From Emiliania huxleyi CCMP1516 (lineage: Eukaryota), in assembly GCF_000372725.1 (NCBI RefSeq), contig NW_005202303.1:248001-312000 (forward strand): a stretch of DNA of 64,000 nucleotides, given 5' to 3'. A program made the position numbers and the translations under genes. The notes under the pieces were generated by a model. It saw only the letters and a program-made list of their open reading frames with translations. It was not told the origin of the DNA and made no database searches. This document shows positions 45,311 through 57,209 of the stretch, piece by piece. How positions within the stretch are numbered: the first letter of the stretch is position 1; each line of letters starts with the position of its first letter.

Positions 45311-48300
45311 TCAGCCGCCTGCCCTCCGCCGCACCCTCGCCAACTGCTGCTCGATCGTCGCAACCAGCTTCTGCTGGTACGCGGCCGGCAGCCCGTGCTC
45401 GCTCGCAAACTTGGCCGCGATGGCCGCCGGGTTGTCCCCGGCGTGGACCGGCAGCCGCGCCGACTTGCCTCCCCCGACGCCAACCTCGAGGACCGCGAGC
45501 GCGCTCGAGTCCTTTTGCGCCGCCGCCGGCGCTGAGGGCGGCGCAGCCTCGCACCGCGCGCCCGAGGGGGCGGCGAGCTTCGCCGCCCGCTTCTTTGCTG
45601 CCGCCTCAGCCTCGAGCCTCAGGGAGGGGTTGGAGGCGGCCAGGGCGGCCGCGACTGCCGCCGCCTCCTCGGCCTCCCTCAGCTCCGGGTCCTTGGCGGC
45701 TAGCTGCCGGTCGGCGCCCGTGGGCGCCTCCCTAGATCGCATCGCGGCGGCGGCGGCGGCGATAGCGGCGGCGGCGGCCTGGGTGGCGGCGGCCTCCACC
45801 CTCGCCGCTTCTGCAGCCACCCTCGCCGCTTCTGCCCGTGCCGCCTCCTCCGCCGCCTCCACCTCCTCCTCCACCTCCTCCTCCGCAGCTTCCCACCTTC
45901 CCGCCTCCTCCGTCGCCTCCTTTTCTGCCTCCGCCGCCTCATCCGCCTCCTCTTCCGCCGCCTCCTCCGCCGCCACCCTCGCCGCTTCTGCCTCCGCCTC
46001 CTCCGCCTCCTCCTCTTCAGCCTCCTCCGCCGCCTCCTCCGCCGCCACCCTCGCCGCCTTTGCCTCCTCCGCCTCCTCCGCCGCCCCCGCCGCCTCCGCC
46101 GCCACCCTCGCCAACTGCTGCTCGATCGTCGCAACCAGCTTCTGCTGGTACGCGGCCGGCAGCCCGTGCTCGCTCGCAAACTTGGCCGCGATGGCCGCCG
46201 GGTTGTCCCCGGCGTGGACCGGCAGCCGCACCGACTTGCCTCCCCCGACGCCAACCTCGAGGACCGCGAGCGCGCTCGAGTCCTTTTGCGCCGCCGCCGG
46301 CGCTGAGGGCGGCGCAGCCTCGCACCGCGCGCCCGAGGGGGCGGCGAGCTTCGCCGCCCGCTTCTTTGCTGCCGCCTCAGCCTCGAGCCTCAGGGAGGGG
46401 TTGGAGGCGGCCAGGGCGGCCGCGACTGCCGCCGCCTCCTCGGCCTCCCTCAGCTCCGGGTCCTTGGCGGCTAGCTGCCGGTCGGCGCCCGTGGGCGCCT
46501 CCCTAGATCGCATCGCGGCGGCGGCGGCGGCGATAGCGGCGGCGGCGGCCTGGGTGGCGGCGGCCTCCACCCTCGCCGCTTCTGCAGCCACCCTCGCCGC
46601 TTCTGCCCGTGCCGCCTCCTCCGCCGCCTCCACCTCCTCCTCCTCCGCAGCTTCCCACCTTCCCTCCTCCTCCGTCGCCTCCTTTTCTGCCTCCGCCGCC
46701 TCATCCGCCTCCTCTTCCGCCGCCTCCTCCGCCGCCACCCTCGCCGCTTCTGCCTCCGCCTCCTCCGCCGCCTCCTCTTCAGCCTCCTCCGCCGCCACCC
46801 TCGCCGCTTTTGCCTCCTCCGCCGCCTCCTCTTCAGCCTCCTCCGCCGCCACCCTCGCCGCTTTTGCCTCCTCCGCCTCCTCCGCCTCCTCCGCCGCCTC
46901 CTCCGCCGCCACCCTCGCCGCTTTTGCCTCCTCCGCCTCCTCCGCCGCCTCCGCCGCCTCCTCTTCAGCCTCCTCCGCCGCCACCCTCGCCGCTTTTGCC
47001 TCCTCCGCCTCCTCCGCCTCCTCCGCCGCCTCCTCCGCCGCCACCCTCGCCGCTTTTGCCTCCTCCGCCTCCTCCGCCGCCTCCGCCGCCTCCGCCGCCA
47101 CCCTCGCCGCTTTTGCCTCCTCCGCCTCCTCCGCCGCCTCCGCCTCCTCCGCCGCCACCCTCGCCGCTTTTGCCTCCTCTGCCTCCTCCGCCGCCTCCGC
47201 CTCCTCCGCCGCCACCCTCGCCGCTTTTGCCTCCTCCGCCTCCTCCGCCTCCTCCGCCTCCTCCTCCGCCGCCACCCTCGCCGCTTCTGCCTCCTCCGCC
47301 TCCTCCGCCGCCTCCGCCTCCTCCGCCGCCACCGTCGCCGCTTTTGCCTCCTCCGCCGCCTCCGCCGCCTCCTCCGCCGCCACCCTCGCCGCTTTTGCCT
47401 CCTCCGCCTCCTCCGCCGCCTCCGCCTCCTCCGCCGCCACCCTCGCCGCTTTTGCCTCCTCCGCCTCCTCCGCCTCCTCCGCCGCCTCCTCCGCCGCCAC
47501 CATCGCCGCTTTTGCCTCCTCCGCCTCCTCCGCCGCCTCCGCCGCCCTCGCCGCTTTTGCCTCCTCCGCCGCCTCCGCCGCCTCCGCCGCCTCCTCCGCC
47601 GCCACCCTCGCCGCTTTTGCCTCCTCCGCCTCCTCCGCCTCCTCCGCCGCCGCCCTCGCCGCTTTTGCCTCCTCCGCCTCCTCCGCCGCCTCCGCCTCCT
47701 CCGCCGCCACCCTCGCCGCTTTTGCCTCCTCCGCCGCCACCCTCGCCGCTTTTGCCTCCTCCGCCGCCTCCGCCGCCTCCGCCGCCTCCTCCGCCGCCAC
47801 CCTCGCCGCTTTTGCCTCCTCCGCCTCCTCCGCCTCCTCCGCCGCCGCCCTCGCCGCTTTTGCCTCCTCCGCCTCCTCCGCCGCCTCCGCCTCCTCCGCC
47901 GCCACCCTCGCCGCTTTTGCCTCCTCTGCCTCCTCCGCCGCCTCCGCCTCCTCCGCCGCCACCCTCGCCGCTTTTGCCTCCTCCGCCTCCTCCGCCGCCC
48001 CCGCCGCCTCCGCCGCCACCCTCGCCAACTGCTGCTCGATCGTCGCAACCAGCTTCTGCTGGTACGCGGCCGGCAGCCCGTGCTCGCTCGCAAACTTGGC
48101 CGCGATGGCCGCCGGGTTGTCCCCGGCGTGGACCGGCAGCCGCGCCGACTTGCCTCCCCCGACGCCAACCTCGAGGACCGCGAGCGCGCTCGAGTCCTTT
48201 TGCGCCGCCGCCGGCGCTGAGGGCGGCGCAGCCTCGCACCGCGCGCCCGAGGGGGCGGCGAGCTTCGCCGCCCGCTTCTTTGCTGCCGCCTCAGCCTCGA

Positions 48301-50257
48301 GCCTCAGGGAGGGGTTGGAGGCGGCCAGGGCGGCCGCGACTGCCGCCGCCTCCTCGGTCTCCCTCAGCTCCGGGTCCTTGGCCGCCTCGCCAACCTCGGA
48401 GCAGCTCGCGTCCTCCTCCTCCTCCTCCCTCTCCTCCGCCCACCTCTCCTCCCCCGCGGAGGAGCGATCCGGCGAGGCGGCCGAGGAGTGAGGGGAGGCC
48501 GCCGCCGAAGCAACGGCCGAGCCGGCGGCGGCCGAGCCGGTTCGCGTGAGGCCGAGGGCGGCCGCGTGCTGCTGTAAGCGACTACTACTGCTGAGGCCGA
48601 GAGCGGCGTGCTGCTTGTCGAGGAAATCGCCCGTCGCCTCGGCCTCAGGGTCGAAACTGAGATGCCGCAGCAGCGGCGCGACATGCGGCGGCTCGGGATC
48701 CGTCACGAGGGCTGGGGCGACGTTTGTTGCGGCTGCGAGGAGCGGGGCGGCCCCTCTCGACTCGTGAGACCCACTCTCCCTCCTCCCGGCGGCGACCTCC
48801 GCCTCTGCAGCCCTCGCCCTCTCCTCGCTCGCGCTTGCTGCGGCTTGGGCGCGCTCTAGCGCCGCCGCCGCCGCCGCCGCCGCCGCACGGGCCTCCTCCG
48901 CCGCGGCGCGCTCAGCCTGCAGCGCGGCGGCGGCGGCGGCTGCCTCGCTCCTTGCCGCCTGGGCGCCCGCTTGCTCATACGCCACAACGTCGCGAACGGC
49001 GACCAGAGCCTTCTTGGCCTGCATCGCCGCCGCCCTTGCGGCGTTGGCCTCCGCAGTGAGCGCCGCGATGCGAGCTCCCGCCGCCTCTGCACCTTTGCTG
49101 CGCCCCGCCGCCGCCCCGGCCTCCTCCTCCCGCGCCTGCTTCCCCTGTGCGACACCCCGGTCGAGCGCCCCTTGCAAGGAGCGCTCGCGCGCCGCGTCCT
49201 GCGCCGAGGCGCTAGACTCGTCGAGGGCAGATCGCGCCTCCGCCTCCTTCTCGGCCGTTGCAAGCGCCGCCACCATCGCCGTCTCCACCTGCGCCTCGCG
49301 CGCCCCGGTGGCCGCTCGCTTCGCGGCGGGATTCAGCTCCGCCTGCAGCGCCTCCTCGCGCGCCGCCGCCCGCTCCGCCGCCGCCGCCGCCTCGCCCCTC
49401 CCCCACTGCTCCAAGCCCGCGCCGAAGCGCGGGATTCGCGCCCACTCGCTCACCTGCCGCGCCTCCTCCAGCTCTCGCCGCGCCGCCTCCCTCTCCGCCG
49501 CCGCCGCCAGCGCCTCCCTCTCCTCGCCCTCGTCGGAAACCTCCTGCTCCCTGTGTCGCGCGTCTTCCGGCCAAGCCGCCTCCTCCGCCACCTCCTCCTC
49601 CTCCTCCGCCACCCCCACCGTTTCCACAGCCGCCGCCTCTACACGCTCTCGCAGGATCCGCTGCACCACGTCCGAAGCATTCGACGCCGTCTGTGGAGGG
49701 CAGCAGCGAGGCGTCGCCTCTCGCAGGATCCGCTGCACCACGTCTGAAGCACTCGACGCCGGGAGAGGAGCGCAGCAGCGAGGCGTCGCCGCCTCCCGCG
49801 AGGGCGCAATCTCTCTGGCCGAGTCCACGGCGAGCATCCACTTGGCTATCTCCTCGTAGGTGAGCTGCGGCGCCGAATCGCGCGAGGGCTCGCCAAAGGA
49901 GAGCCGGCGAGGGCTCTGCCTGATGCTAGCCTGCAGGCTCTGGTCGGAGGAGGCGACTGGGTCGTCGTCGGCAATTTCGTCCTTGAAGGGGAAGTGGCGT
50001 CGCTCGGGCGCGATTGGCCAGCGCGGCATCCTCCTCGATGACAGCCAGCGCGGCCACTGCAAGGGCAACGACGGCCAGTGCGGCGGCTGCGAGGTTGATG
50101 CAGAGGCGTCGTCCGCCACGGCGCCGGCGCTTGGCTGAACACGGGCACGCGTGGCGCGCACGGCGACGTTGCCCGCCAGGACGAGTAGGAGGCCCACGAG
50201 TAGCACCAGCTCTGGTCCGAAGTAGCCTGTGTGCGGCTGCACCGGCGGAGACGTCAT
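45311..50257 (-). CDS. 1648-aa TM-anchored Ala/Glu-rich coiled-coil protein with three copies of a ~50-aa globular module; paralog of 42686-44837
   Basis: Open ORF; N-terminus identical to the PDZ gene; AKAARVAAEE repeats; LAVLEVGVGGGKS(A/V)RLPVHAGDNPAAIAAKFASEHGL x3. Confidence 0.7.
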   Translation of the reverse strand: MTSPPVQPHTGYFGPELVLLVGLLLVLAGNVAVRATRARVQPSAGAVADDASASTSQPPHWPSLPLQWPRWLSSRRMPRWPIAPERRHFPFKDEIADDDPVASSDQSLQASIRQSPRRLSFGEPSRDSAPQLTYEEIAKWMLAVDSAREIAPSREAATPRCCAPLPASSASDVVQRILREATPRCCPPQTASNASDVVQRILRERVEAAAVETVGVAEEEEEVAEEAAWPEDARHREQEVSDEGEEREALAAAAEREAARRELEEARQVSEWARIPRFGAGLEQWGRGEAAAAAERAAAREEALQAELNPAAKRAATGAREAQVETAMVAALATAEKEAEARSALDESSASAQDAARERSLQGALDRGVAQGKQAREEEAGAAAGRSKGAEAAGARIAALTAEANAARAAAMQAKKALVAVRDVVAYEQAGAQAARSEAAAAAAALQAERAAAEEARAAAAAAAAALERAQAAASASEERARAAEAEVAAGRRESGSHESRGAAPLLAAATNVAPALVTDPEPPHVAPLLRHLSFDPEAEATGDFLDKQHAALGLSSSSRLQQHAAALGLTRTGSAAAGSAVASAAASPHSSAASPDRSSAGEERWAEEREEEEEDASCSEVGEAAKDPELRETEEAAAVAAALAASNPSLRLEAEAAAKKRAAKLAAPSGARCEAAPPSAPAAAQKDSSALAVLEVGVGGGKSARLPVHAGDNPAAIAAKFASEHGLPAAYQQKLVATIEQQLARVAAEAAGAAEEAEEAKAARVAAEEAEAAEEAEEAKAARVAAEEAEAAEEAEEAKAARAAAEEAEEAEEAKAARVAAEEAAEAAEAAEEAKAARVAAEEAKAARVAAEEAEAAEEAEEAKAARAAAEEAEEAEEAKAARVAAEEAAEAAEAAEEAKAARAAEAAEEAEEAKAAMVAAEEAAEEAEEAEEAKAARVAAEEAEAAEEAEEAKAARVAAEEAAEAAEEAKAATVAAEEAEAAEEAEEAEAARVAAEEEAEEAEEAEEAKAARVAAEEAEAAEEAEEAKAARVAAEEAEAAEEAEEAKAARVAAEAAEAAEEAEEAKAARVAAEEAAEEAEEAEEAKAARVAAEEAEEEAAEAAEEAEEAKAARVAAEEAAEEAEEAEEAKAARVAAEEAEEEAAEEAKAARVAAEEAEEEAAEEAEAEAARVAAEEAAEEEADEAAEAEKEATEEEGRWEAAEEEEVEAAEEAARAEAARVAAEAARVEAAATQAAAAAIAAAAAAMRSREAPTGADRQLAAKDPELREAEEAAAVAAALAASNPSLRLEAEAAAKKRAAKLAAPSGARCEAAPPSAPAAAQKDSSALAVLEVGVGGGKSVRLPVHAGDNPAAIAAKFASEHGLPAAYQQKLVATIEQQLARVAAEAAGAAEEAEEAKAARVAAEEAAEEAEEEEAEEAEAEAARVAAEEAAEEEADEAAEAEKEATEEAGRWEAAEEEVEEEVEAAEEAARAEAARVAAEAARVEAAATQAAAAAIAAAAAAMRSREAPTGADRQLAAKDPELREAEEAAAVAAALAASNPSLRLEAEAAAKKRAAKLAAPSGARCEAAPPSAPAAAQKDSSALAVLEVGVGGGKSARLPVHAGDNPAAIAAKFASEHGLPAAYQQKLVATIEQQLARVRRRAGG

Positions 50258-50405
50258 TCTCTACCGGCCAGGAGCCCGCGGCGGGCTGCGCCCTCGCACG
50301 GCGTTTTCATCGCGTCACGGTGGAGCCGGGCGGGATTTCTTTTCCAGCCTCTCTGGAGCAGCGCCGGCGCTCGCGACACACTCACTCGGGCCGCCGCCGC
50401 CGCTC

Positions 50406-52254
50406 ATGCCGCTCCCGACGGGCATCGAGACCCCCGCCAAGGGCCCGTCCGTCTCTTACGCGCAGCAGGTCGCAGAGGCCAAGGCGCTGGCGTCCACGTC
50501 GCTCGACGGCGCGCTGCAGAACCTGCTGTCGCACGAAAAGACAGCGAGACTGGCGCGCCCTCCCCGCTGTCGCCCGATCCCCAAATCCCGCGCCTCCTCC
50601 ACCGCCCCCTGCTCCATCGCCGCCTACTTCCGCCCCATCCACGCCATCTCCTCCTGCTCCTCCACCACCTCCTCCTCCCCCTCCCACTCCTGCCTCGCCT
50701 CCTTCGGCCTCTCCACCACCTCTTCCTCCTCCGCCCTCACCGCCACCGCCGTCCGGTCCGCCTCCCCCGCGGCCACTTCTGCCACCGCCAACTCCCCCTC
50801 CCCTGCCGCCGCCTCCGCCTCCGCCCCCGCCAACGCCACCCCTGATCGTTGCCACCCAAACGTGCCTCCTCCACCGCCACCCTCCCCTCCGCCCCCTCTC
50901 CGCCGCCGCCCGCCCCTCCTCCCCCTCCGCCACTCCCTCCCCATGCATCACCGCCTCTTCCCGCCCCACCCCCGCCCCCACCACCACCTCCGCCTCCCTC
51001 GCCTCCCTCGCCCGGGCCCCTCTCCCTGCCCGCCTCTGCCAGCTGCTTCCCGACTCGGCGCCTCGCGGCCGCGCGTCTTCAGGCGGCCGACGTCGGCGGG
51101 ACGACTGAGCTCGTCAAGGCGATGGTGAGCCTCTGCTACGACGCAAAGGACTGGGACAAGCTCAACGAGACCATCGTGCTGCTCTCCAAGCGGCGCGCGC
51201 AGCTCAAGCAGGCGGTGACTGCGATGGTGCAGCAGGCGTCGACGTACCTCGACGAGCTGGCCGAGGCGCGCAAGCTCTCGCTGATCGAGACCCTGCGCAA
51301 CGTCTCCGAGGGCAAGATGTGCGCGCCGCCCGCCCACGCACCGCGGGGCCCTCCCGCCCTCCGCATCGCGCGCCGCCGTCCGTCCTGCCCCCCTGCCATC
51401 GCCCCCTCTCTCTGGCTGAGCGCGCCCGCCGCGCGCAGGTACGTCGAGGTGGAGCGGGCGCGGCTGACCCGGATCCTCGCCGGGATGCAAGAGGCCACGG
51501 GCGACGTCGAGGCGTGTGCGCAGGTCGGCGCGGGGCACTGCGAGCCGCCTCTCTTGACGCGTCTGTGTGCGGAGCAGGCGGCGCGCAAGACGATGCAGGA
51601 TACCGTCGTCGAGACGCTGGGAGGGATGGACAAGCGGGAGAAGACCGACTTCATCCTGGAGCAGATCCGGCTCCGCCTCGGGGGCGGCTGCCCGCGAGCT
51701 GCTTGGGGCCCTCCTCTGAGCCCTTCCCCGGCCTCGCCTACAGGCTCTGTCTCGAGGTGAAGGACTTCATCCGCGCGAACATCGTCGCCAAGAAGATCCA
51801 GACAAAGACCTTCAAGGAGAGACGAGAAGAGACGAGAAGAGGAGAGAAGAGGAGAGAAGAGCTCCAGCGCCCGTGTCTCTTCGCCCCCCTTTGCCCGCGC
51901 GATGCGGCGAGCCCATTCGGCCTAGTAGGTTCCTAGAAGGCAGAAGGTTCCTAGAGGCAGCTTGCCTAGCAGCCCACTCTTAGCCCCTCCTCGCGCACGG
52001 CCTGGCGGCGGCTTCCTCCCTCTCAGGACCCGGAGCTCGACGACCTCAAGATCCGCTACTACTCGATGATTGTCCGCTACCAGCTGCACAACAAGAAGTG
52101 GATGGAGGTCTTCCGCGCGTACCAGGCCCCGCGTCGCGAGAAGGCGGCTCTCGTGCCGCGCGTCTCCGTGACGCGTCGCGGAGCCTTGCCGTAGGCCACG
52201 TGGGACTCGCCCTCCGTGCAGGTGACGTGGCACACACACGAACACACACACACA

Positions 52255-52347
<93 letters not shown>

Positions 52348-52391
52348 TCACACACACACACACAGATGCACATGCACATGCACATGCACAT

Positions 52392-52448
<57 letters not shown>

Positions 52449-52470
52449 CATGCACACACACACGCACGCA

Positions 52471-52533
<63 letters not shown>

Positions 52534-53856
52534 ACACACACGCTCACATTGTCGCCCACCGTGCAGCGGGACCAGGCTTTGAATTGCTGTGGGGCTCCGA
52601 GATGCGGGGGGCAGCCGACGCCCCACACTACAGCATGTGGGAGGCTCACCTTCTAATTATTTAACTATTAATTAACACACTACAGCATGTGGGAGGCTCA
52701 CTTTCTCCCCCCCGTTCGCGCGCAGGGGAGCGACGCCGCGGCGGACCGCTGCCTCAAGCAGCAGGTCCTCTACCTGGTGCTCTCGAAGTGCGGACTGGAC
52801 CCGAGATCGCCCCGAGATACCGAGGCTGGGCCGAGATACCGAGGCTGGGCCGAGAGTTGCGGCTCCCCCACCTCGCCCTCTCCGAGGGTGCTCGCACGCG
52901 GCTTGCCCGCCACGCGCGCGTCTGTGCCCACACCCCCCGCCAGCCGCCGCCGCCGCGGCAGCGGCAGCAGCCAGAGCCCGCCTCTGGCCGCCTCGCATGA
53001 TCGCCTGCTGCGTGGGCAGGTATGATAACGAGCAGTCGGACCAGATGCACGCGCTGCAGAAGGAGAAGCGGCTCGCCAAGCTCCCCCTCTACGACTCCCT
53101 GCTCAAGGCCTTCATCACCAAGGAGGTTTTCAAGTTCGAGGATGTGAAGCCGGGCGTCGCCGCCGAGCTCGTGGCCATTGGCGACTTCGACGAGGGCGCG
53201 CCGCGGAAGGAGGATGAGTCGAGAGGGGGGGGGGGCGAGAGTGGCCGGGGTGACCCGAGGCTCCTCCGAGGCCGCAGGCCAGCAGAAGGAGATGCTCGAG
53301 ACGCTGCACCGCCGCGTGACGCAGCACAACATTCTGACGATCGGCGCCAGCCTCCCGCTCCGCGCTGGCGCCTTCTCTGTCGCGTCTTCACGCCGCCGAG
53401 CCTGCGAGACAGGCGGCTACTATGCGCGGATCCAGCTCTCGCGTCTCGCGCAGCTCCTCGCGCTCCCGCTCGACGAGGCCGAGAAGCAGCTCTGCGAGAT
53501 TGTCTCGGACAAGTCCATCTACGCGCGCGTCGACCGGCGCGCCTGCCTAGACACCGCCTCCCCTCGGTCAACGAGGGAGGGAGAGAGAGGCGAGCCAGCG
53601 GTTACCAGCGGCTGAAGGAGGCCGCGAGCAGCAAGCATAGCTCGCCATTGCGGCTTGAGACGGCCCTTCCCACGCCCCCTCCCACCACTTTGCCCGTCCG
53701 CCCTCACGCAGGCCTGCTGGGATTGTGCGCTTCGCCGCGACGAAGACGCCAAACGAGCTGCTCAACGACTGGTCGGACGACATCTCGCAGCTGCTCAACA
53801 CGCTCGAGTCGACCTGCCACCTCATCCACAAGGAGAACATGGTGCACAAGATCTGA
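50406..53856 (+). CDS. RPN5: 26S proteasome non-ATPase regulatory subunit 12 (multi-exon)
   Basis: LLSKRRAQLKQA, EGKMYVEVERARLT, MDKREKTDFILEQIRLCL, RVTQHNI, YYARIQLSRLAQLL, LLNDWS, CHLIHKENMVHKI. Confidence 0.95.
52231..52542. repeat. ~310-bp compound (CA)n microsatellite in RPN5 intron
   Basis: Direct inspection. Confidence 0.95.
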
Positions 53857-54424
53857 CCGCTCGAGACCGCGGCGGACCGCTGTCCCTGTCACGAGTCCGC
53901 CAAAGCTGAGGCGCTGCACCCTGCTACTTCGAGCTTGCGGTGCGCCGCAGAGCTTGCAGTTTCTCCTGCGACGCTTCAGAGCCAACCCCCGGGGTCAGTG
54001 TAGTTTGTCTATGACCGATCATAGAGATCTCAAACGAATGGATTTTCCGCGACGCGCCGCCCTACCCCTAGGCCCTAGAGCTAGACCGAGGGTGGCCGTA
54101 GACGCTAAGAGCAAAGAGGTCGGTCCACGAATGTGGTGAAACATGCTCTGACGAAACATGAATAATGGACGCGCCGCGCTCGGTCCGGAGCCGCCCAAGT
54201 CGGACTGTCGGAGCCGCCCAAGTGCAAGACGCACAAGCATAGAAAGTCGAGAACGGAACCCCCCTCACCGCTCTTTGCTCACACGCCCAGCCGTGCTCTG
54301 GTTCGTCTCTTAAAAAGTGCATGTACATCCCCCGGCACGTGCAAACGACGCGGAACATTCTTTTTGCCCACCGGCGGGTACCAGTAGCGCGGCCGCCTGC
54401 GCGGCCCTAGGGGGGCGGGGGGGG

Positions 54425-54427
<3 letters not shown>

Positions 54428-54492
<65 letters not shown>
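54428..54492. repeat. (GA)n microsatellite upstream of PDX2
   Basis: Direct inspection. Confidence 0.95.
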
Positions 54493-54495
<3 letters not shown>

Positions 54496-54590
54496 TTAGT
54501 TTGTGAAAGAAAAGAAGAAAAATCCCCACAGGTACAGACGCTCCACAGGCCTCCGTCTAGACTGCGTCGCCTCAATCGCGGGAGCCTGAC

Positions 54591-55682
54591 ATGGTCGTCG
54601 CCGCGCTCCCTGCCAACCTATGCGACTCCGTGCAAGCTCCGCCGACCGCAGGCCCGGCAGTCGGCGTCCTCGCGCTGCAGGGCGGCTACCACGAGCACGC
54701 CGTCATGCTCTCCCGACTCGGCTGCCGCGTGAGCGAGGTCCGGCAGGAGCGCGCTGGGCCAGAGCGGTCGCAAGCGGCGCCCGGTTCTCGCGTCGCAACG
54801 CTCGCTCCTCCGCTGTCGCAGGTGCCTCACCTCGAGGGTCTCGACGGCCTCGTCATCCCGGGCGGCGAGAGCACGACGATGGGCCACCTCGCCGAGCGGC
54901 TCGCGCTGCTCGAGCCGCTGCGCGCCTTCGTGGCGAGCGGGAGGCCGGTGCTCGGCACCTGCGCCGGCCTCATCTTCCTCGCGGATGAGGTCGTCGGCCA
55001 GAAGCAGGGCGGGCAGAAACTCGTCGGCGGAATGGACCTGACGGTCCAGCGCAACTTCTTCGGCTCGCAGGCGGCGCCTGCGCGAGGAGGGGGCGGGCGC
55101 GTCGCGTCCTCGCCGCGCCCTGGTCCAAGGCGGCGACCTCCGCAGTAGGTCGACTCGTTCGAGACCACGCTCGAGGCGGCCGACGTCGCGCCTGCCCGCC
55201 GCGTGCCGGCCGTCTTCATCCGCGCGCCCGCCATCCTGCGGACTGGAGGTGACCCCGCCACCCACCTCTCGCCACCTCTCGCCACCTGTCGCCACCTCTC
55301 GCCACCTCTCGCCACCTCTCGCCACCTCTCGCCACCTCTCGCCTCCTCTCGCCACCTCTGGGCTCCCACCTCTCCCTCTCGCACCCTCCCTCCGGCGGCG
55401 ACTTCTCGCACAAAAGAGCATAAGCGGGCCGCACGCACGGCACGGGGAGGAGCCAATCAGCGATGACAAGAGCCGGGCAGACGGCGCCGGGTCGCACTAG
55501 GCGCGGTGAAGGTGCTCGCGCGCGTCCCGGTCGAGGGGAGGGAGGATGCGCCCGTCGCCGTGCAGGACGGCAACTTGCTCGGCATCGCCTTTCACCCCGA
55601 GCTCACCGCCGACGACTGCTGGCACGCCTACTTTGTGTCGCTGGTCAGGAAGGCCAGTACCACAAAGGTGCGGGAAGCCTGA
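54591..55682 (+). CDS. PDX2: Pyridoxal 5'-phosphate synthase glutaminase subunit (multi-exon; extreme 3' end uncertain)
   Basis: [44 protein letters not shown]. Confidence 0.95.
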
Positions 55683-56297
55683 GATCTGTCCCACCTCTCT
55701 CTTTCTGTACGCTCAGCGCAGTGCTGGGTTCTCCCCCTCCCCGTGTGTCGCCGAGGCCGAGGCCGTGCGCGCAGCGCGCGCGTGCCGTGTCGACCCCCCC
55801 CCCCCCCTCTTGTGACGCACGACGAGGGGTGTGGGCGAGACTTCACGCAGCACTCACGCGCCACGGGTGCACGGCTGGGTTATTTGTCAACGCCTAGACG
55901 AGTTAGGACAGCTAAGGAGTACCCGGGCCCCGGGGGGCTCCCCCCCTGCCCCCTGCCCCTCCGTGCTGGGGCCCGCGCCGTGAACATCTTTCGAGCCAGG
56001 AAAAGGCCGCGGCGGGTCCCGCGTGAACCGATCTTTCGCACCTCGGCACCTCGCCGAGACGCCGTCGTCTCGTTTCACGTTTCATCCGGGGGGGCGCCGG
56101 CAGGCTGCGGCAGCACACACAGGTCATAGCCGCGTGAGCCGTGAGTTCGAAACGGATAAAACAGTCGTCAGTCCCAAGTGCGTCCATAAAAACCAACCTC
56201 GAGACCTCGAGAGCTTCGAGAAGCAGGTGTGAAAATCGGCGGGGGCGCCGGGGGCACTCGAGTTCGCGTGCTCCCTCTCGTGCGGTCCCAGCAGCGA

Positions 56298-57209
56298 ATG
56301 CAAGCCTGGGATGACATCCAGCGGCACCGCTGGCGGGTCAGCTCCTCTCCAACCAAGCAGCCGAGACCAGAGAGCAGCGCCTCACATTTCCGCGTGGACA
56401 AGTGGTGCCTTTACCGCGGGACCTACGCCCGCCTCCTCTCGATCGACTGCACCTCCGTATCGACCAGCGAGCCTCGCAGGCCAGCCGTCGCCACCAACGT
56501 GTGGCACATGAGCGACATTATCGGCGTCCACGACGGTGCCAATAGCCGCTGCGCCGCCGCACACACACAGAGCTCATCCCCACCGCAGGACTCTCCCTCA
56601 TCAGGCGGGTGCTCGTCTCGGTGGCTGCAGCTGCTGCTGCCGCGGCGCTGCTGCGGCGTCGGCCCCGAGGCGCGGCTCCACATACGAGCCGCCTCGCTGG
56701 AGCAGAAGGCTGCGCTTCTGGACGCCCTGCGCACAGCCGTCTCCTCGAGAGCGTCGCCCAACCGCTCGCCGCCGGCAGCCGCAGCCCCGTCGCCGCCCCC
56801 GACCGTGCTTGTCGTGCCCGACCCAGCGCCCAGGGAGGCGGAGGCAGCGGCGGTAGGGGAGACTTCGGCGGCGGCGGAGACTGCTGCGGCGGCGGCAGAG
56901 GCTGCTGCGGCGGCGCCGCTTGCACCGCTGGCAGCGCGGCGGAGCACGGCGGCGCTCGCTCCGGTGCGGCTAGAGGAGCGGTTTGGCCGACTCGCCGCCC
57001 GGTCGGCGAGCCTTCCGTCCAAGGACGGCGTCGAGGGGTGGGACGTGATCCCCGCGCGTGCGGGCGAGAAGACGGTGGCACACACCACCTCGGAGCTGCA
57101 GGAGTGGCTGCGGCGGGAGCGGAAGAATCGGCTCTTCAACGAGGCGAACGCGCGAGCCGCGCTCCGCGCCGGCCCAAGCGGCCATGGTGCCGGCCCGTGC
57201 ATAGCCTAG
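56298..57209 (+). CDS. PH-like domain protein (resembles the RME-8/DNAJC13 N-terminal type), intronless
   Basis: FRVDKWCLYRGTYARLLSIDCTSVSTSEP...TNVWHMSDIIGV...LHIRAASLEQKAALLDALR. Confidence 0.5.
   Translation: MQAWDDIQRHRWRVSSSPTKQPRPESSASHFRVDKWCLYRGTYARLLSIDCTSVSTSEPRRPAVATNVWHMSDIIGVHDGANSRCAAAHTQSSSPPQDSPSSGGCSSRWLQLLLPRRCCGVGPEARLHIRAASLEQKAALLDALRTAVSSRASPNRSPPAAAAPSPPPTVLVVPDPAPREAEAAAVGETSAAAETAAAAAEAAAAAPLAPLAARRSTAALAPVRLEERFGRLAARSASLPSKDGVEGWDVIPARAGEKTVAHTTSELQEWLRRERKNRLFNEANARAALRAGPSGHGAGPCIA

Noticed and set aside
45186..48549. Long poly-Pro, poly-Arg, poly-Gly and Ala/Ser ORFs
   Set aside because: Alternative-frame and antisense shadows of the GAG/GCG repeats of the 1648-aa gene.
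51922..52664. His/Thr- and Cys/Val-repeat ORFs
   Set aside because: Translations of an intronic (CA)n microsatellite.
52624..52701. Direct repeat CACACTACAGCATGTGGGAGGCTCAC around an AT-rich spacer as a mini-element
   Set aside because: Too short and single; consistent with a local repair duplication in an intron.
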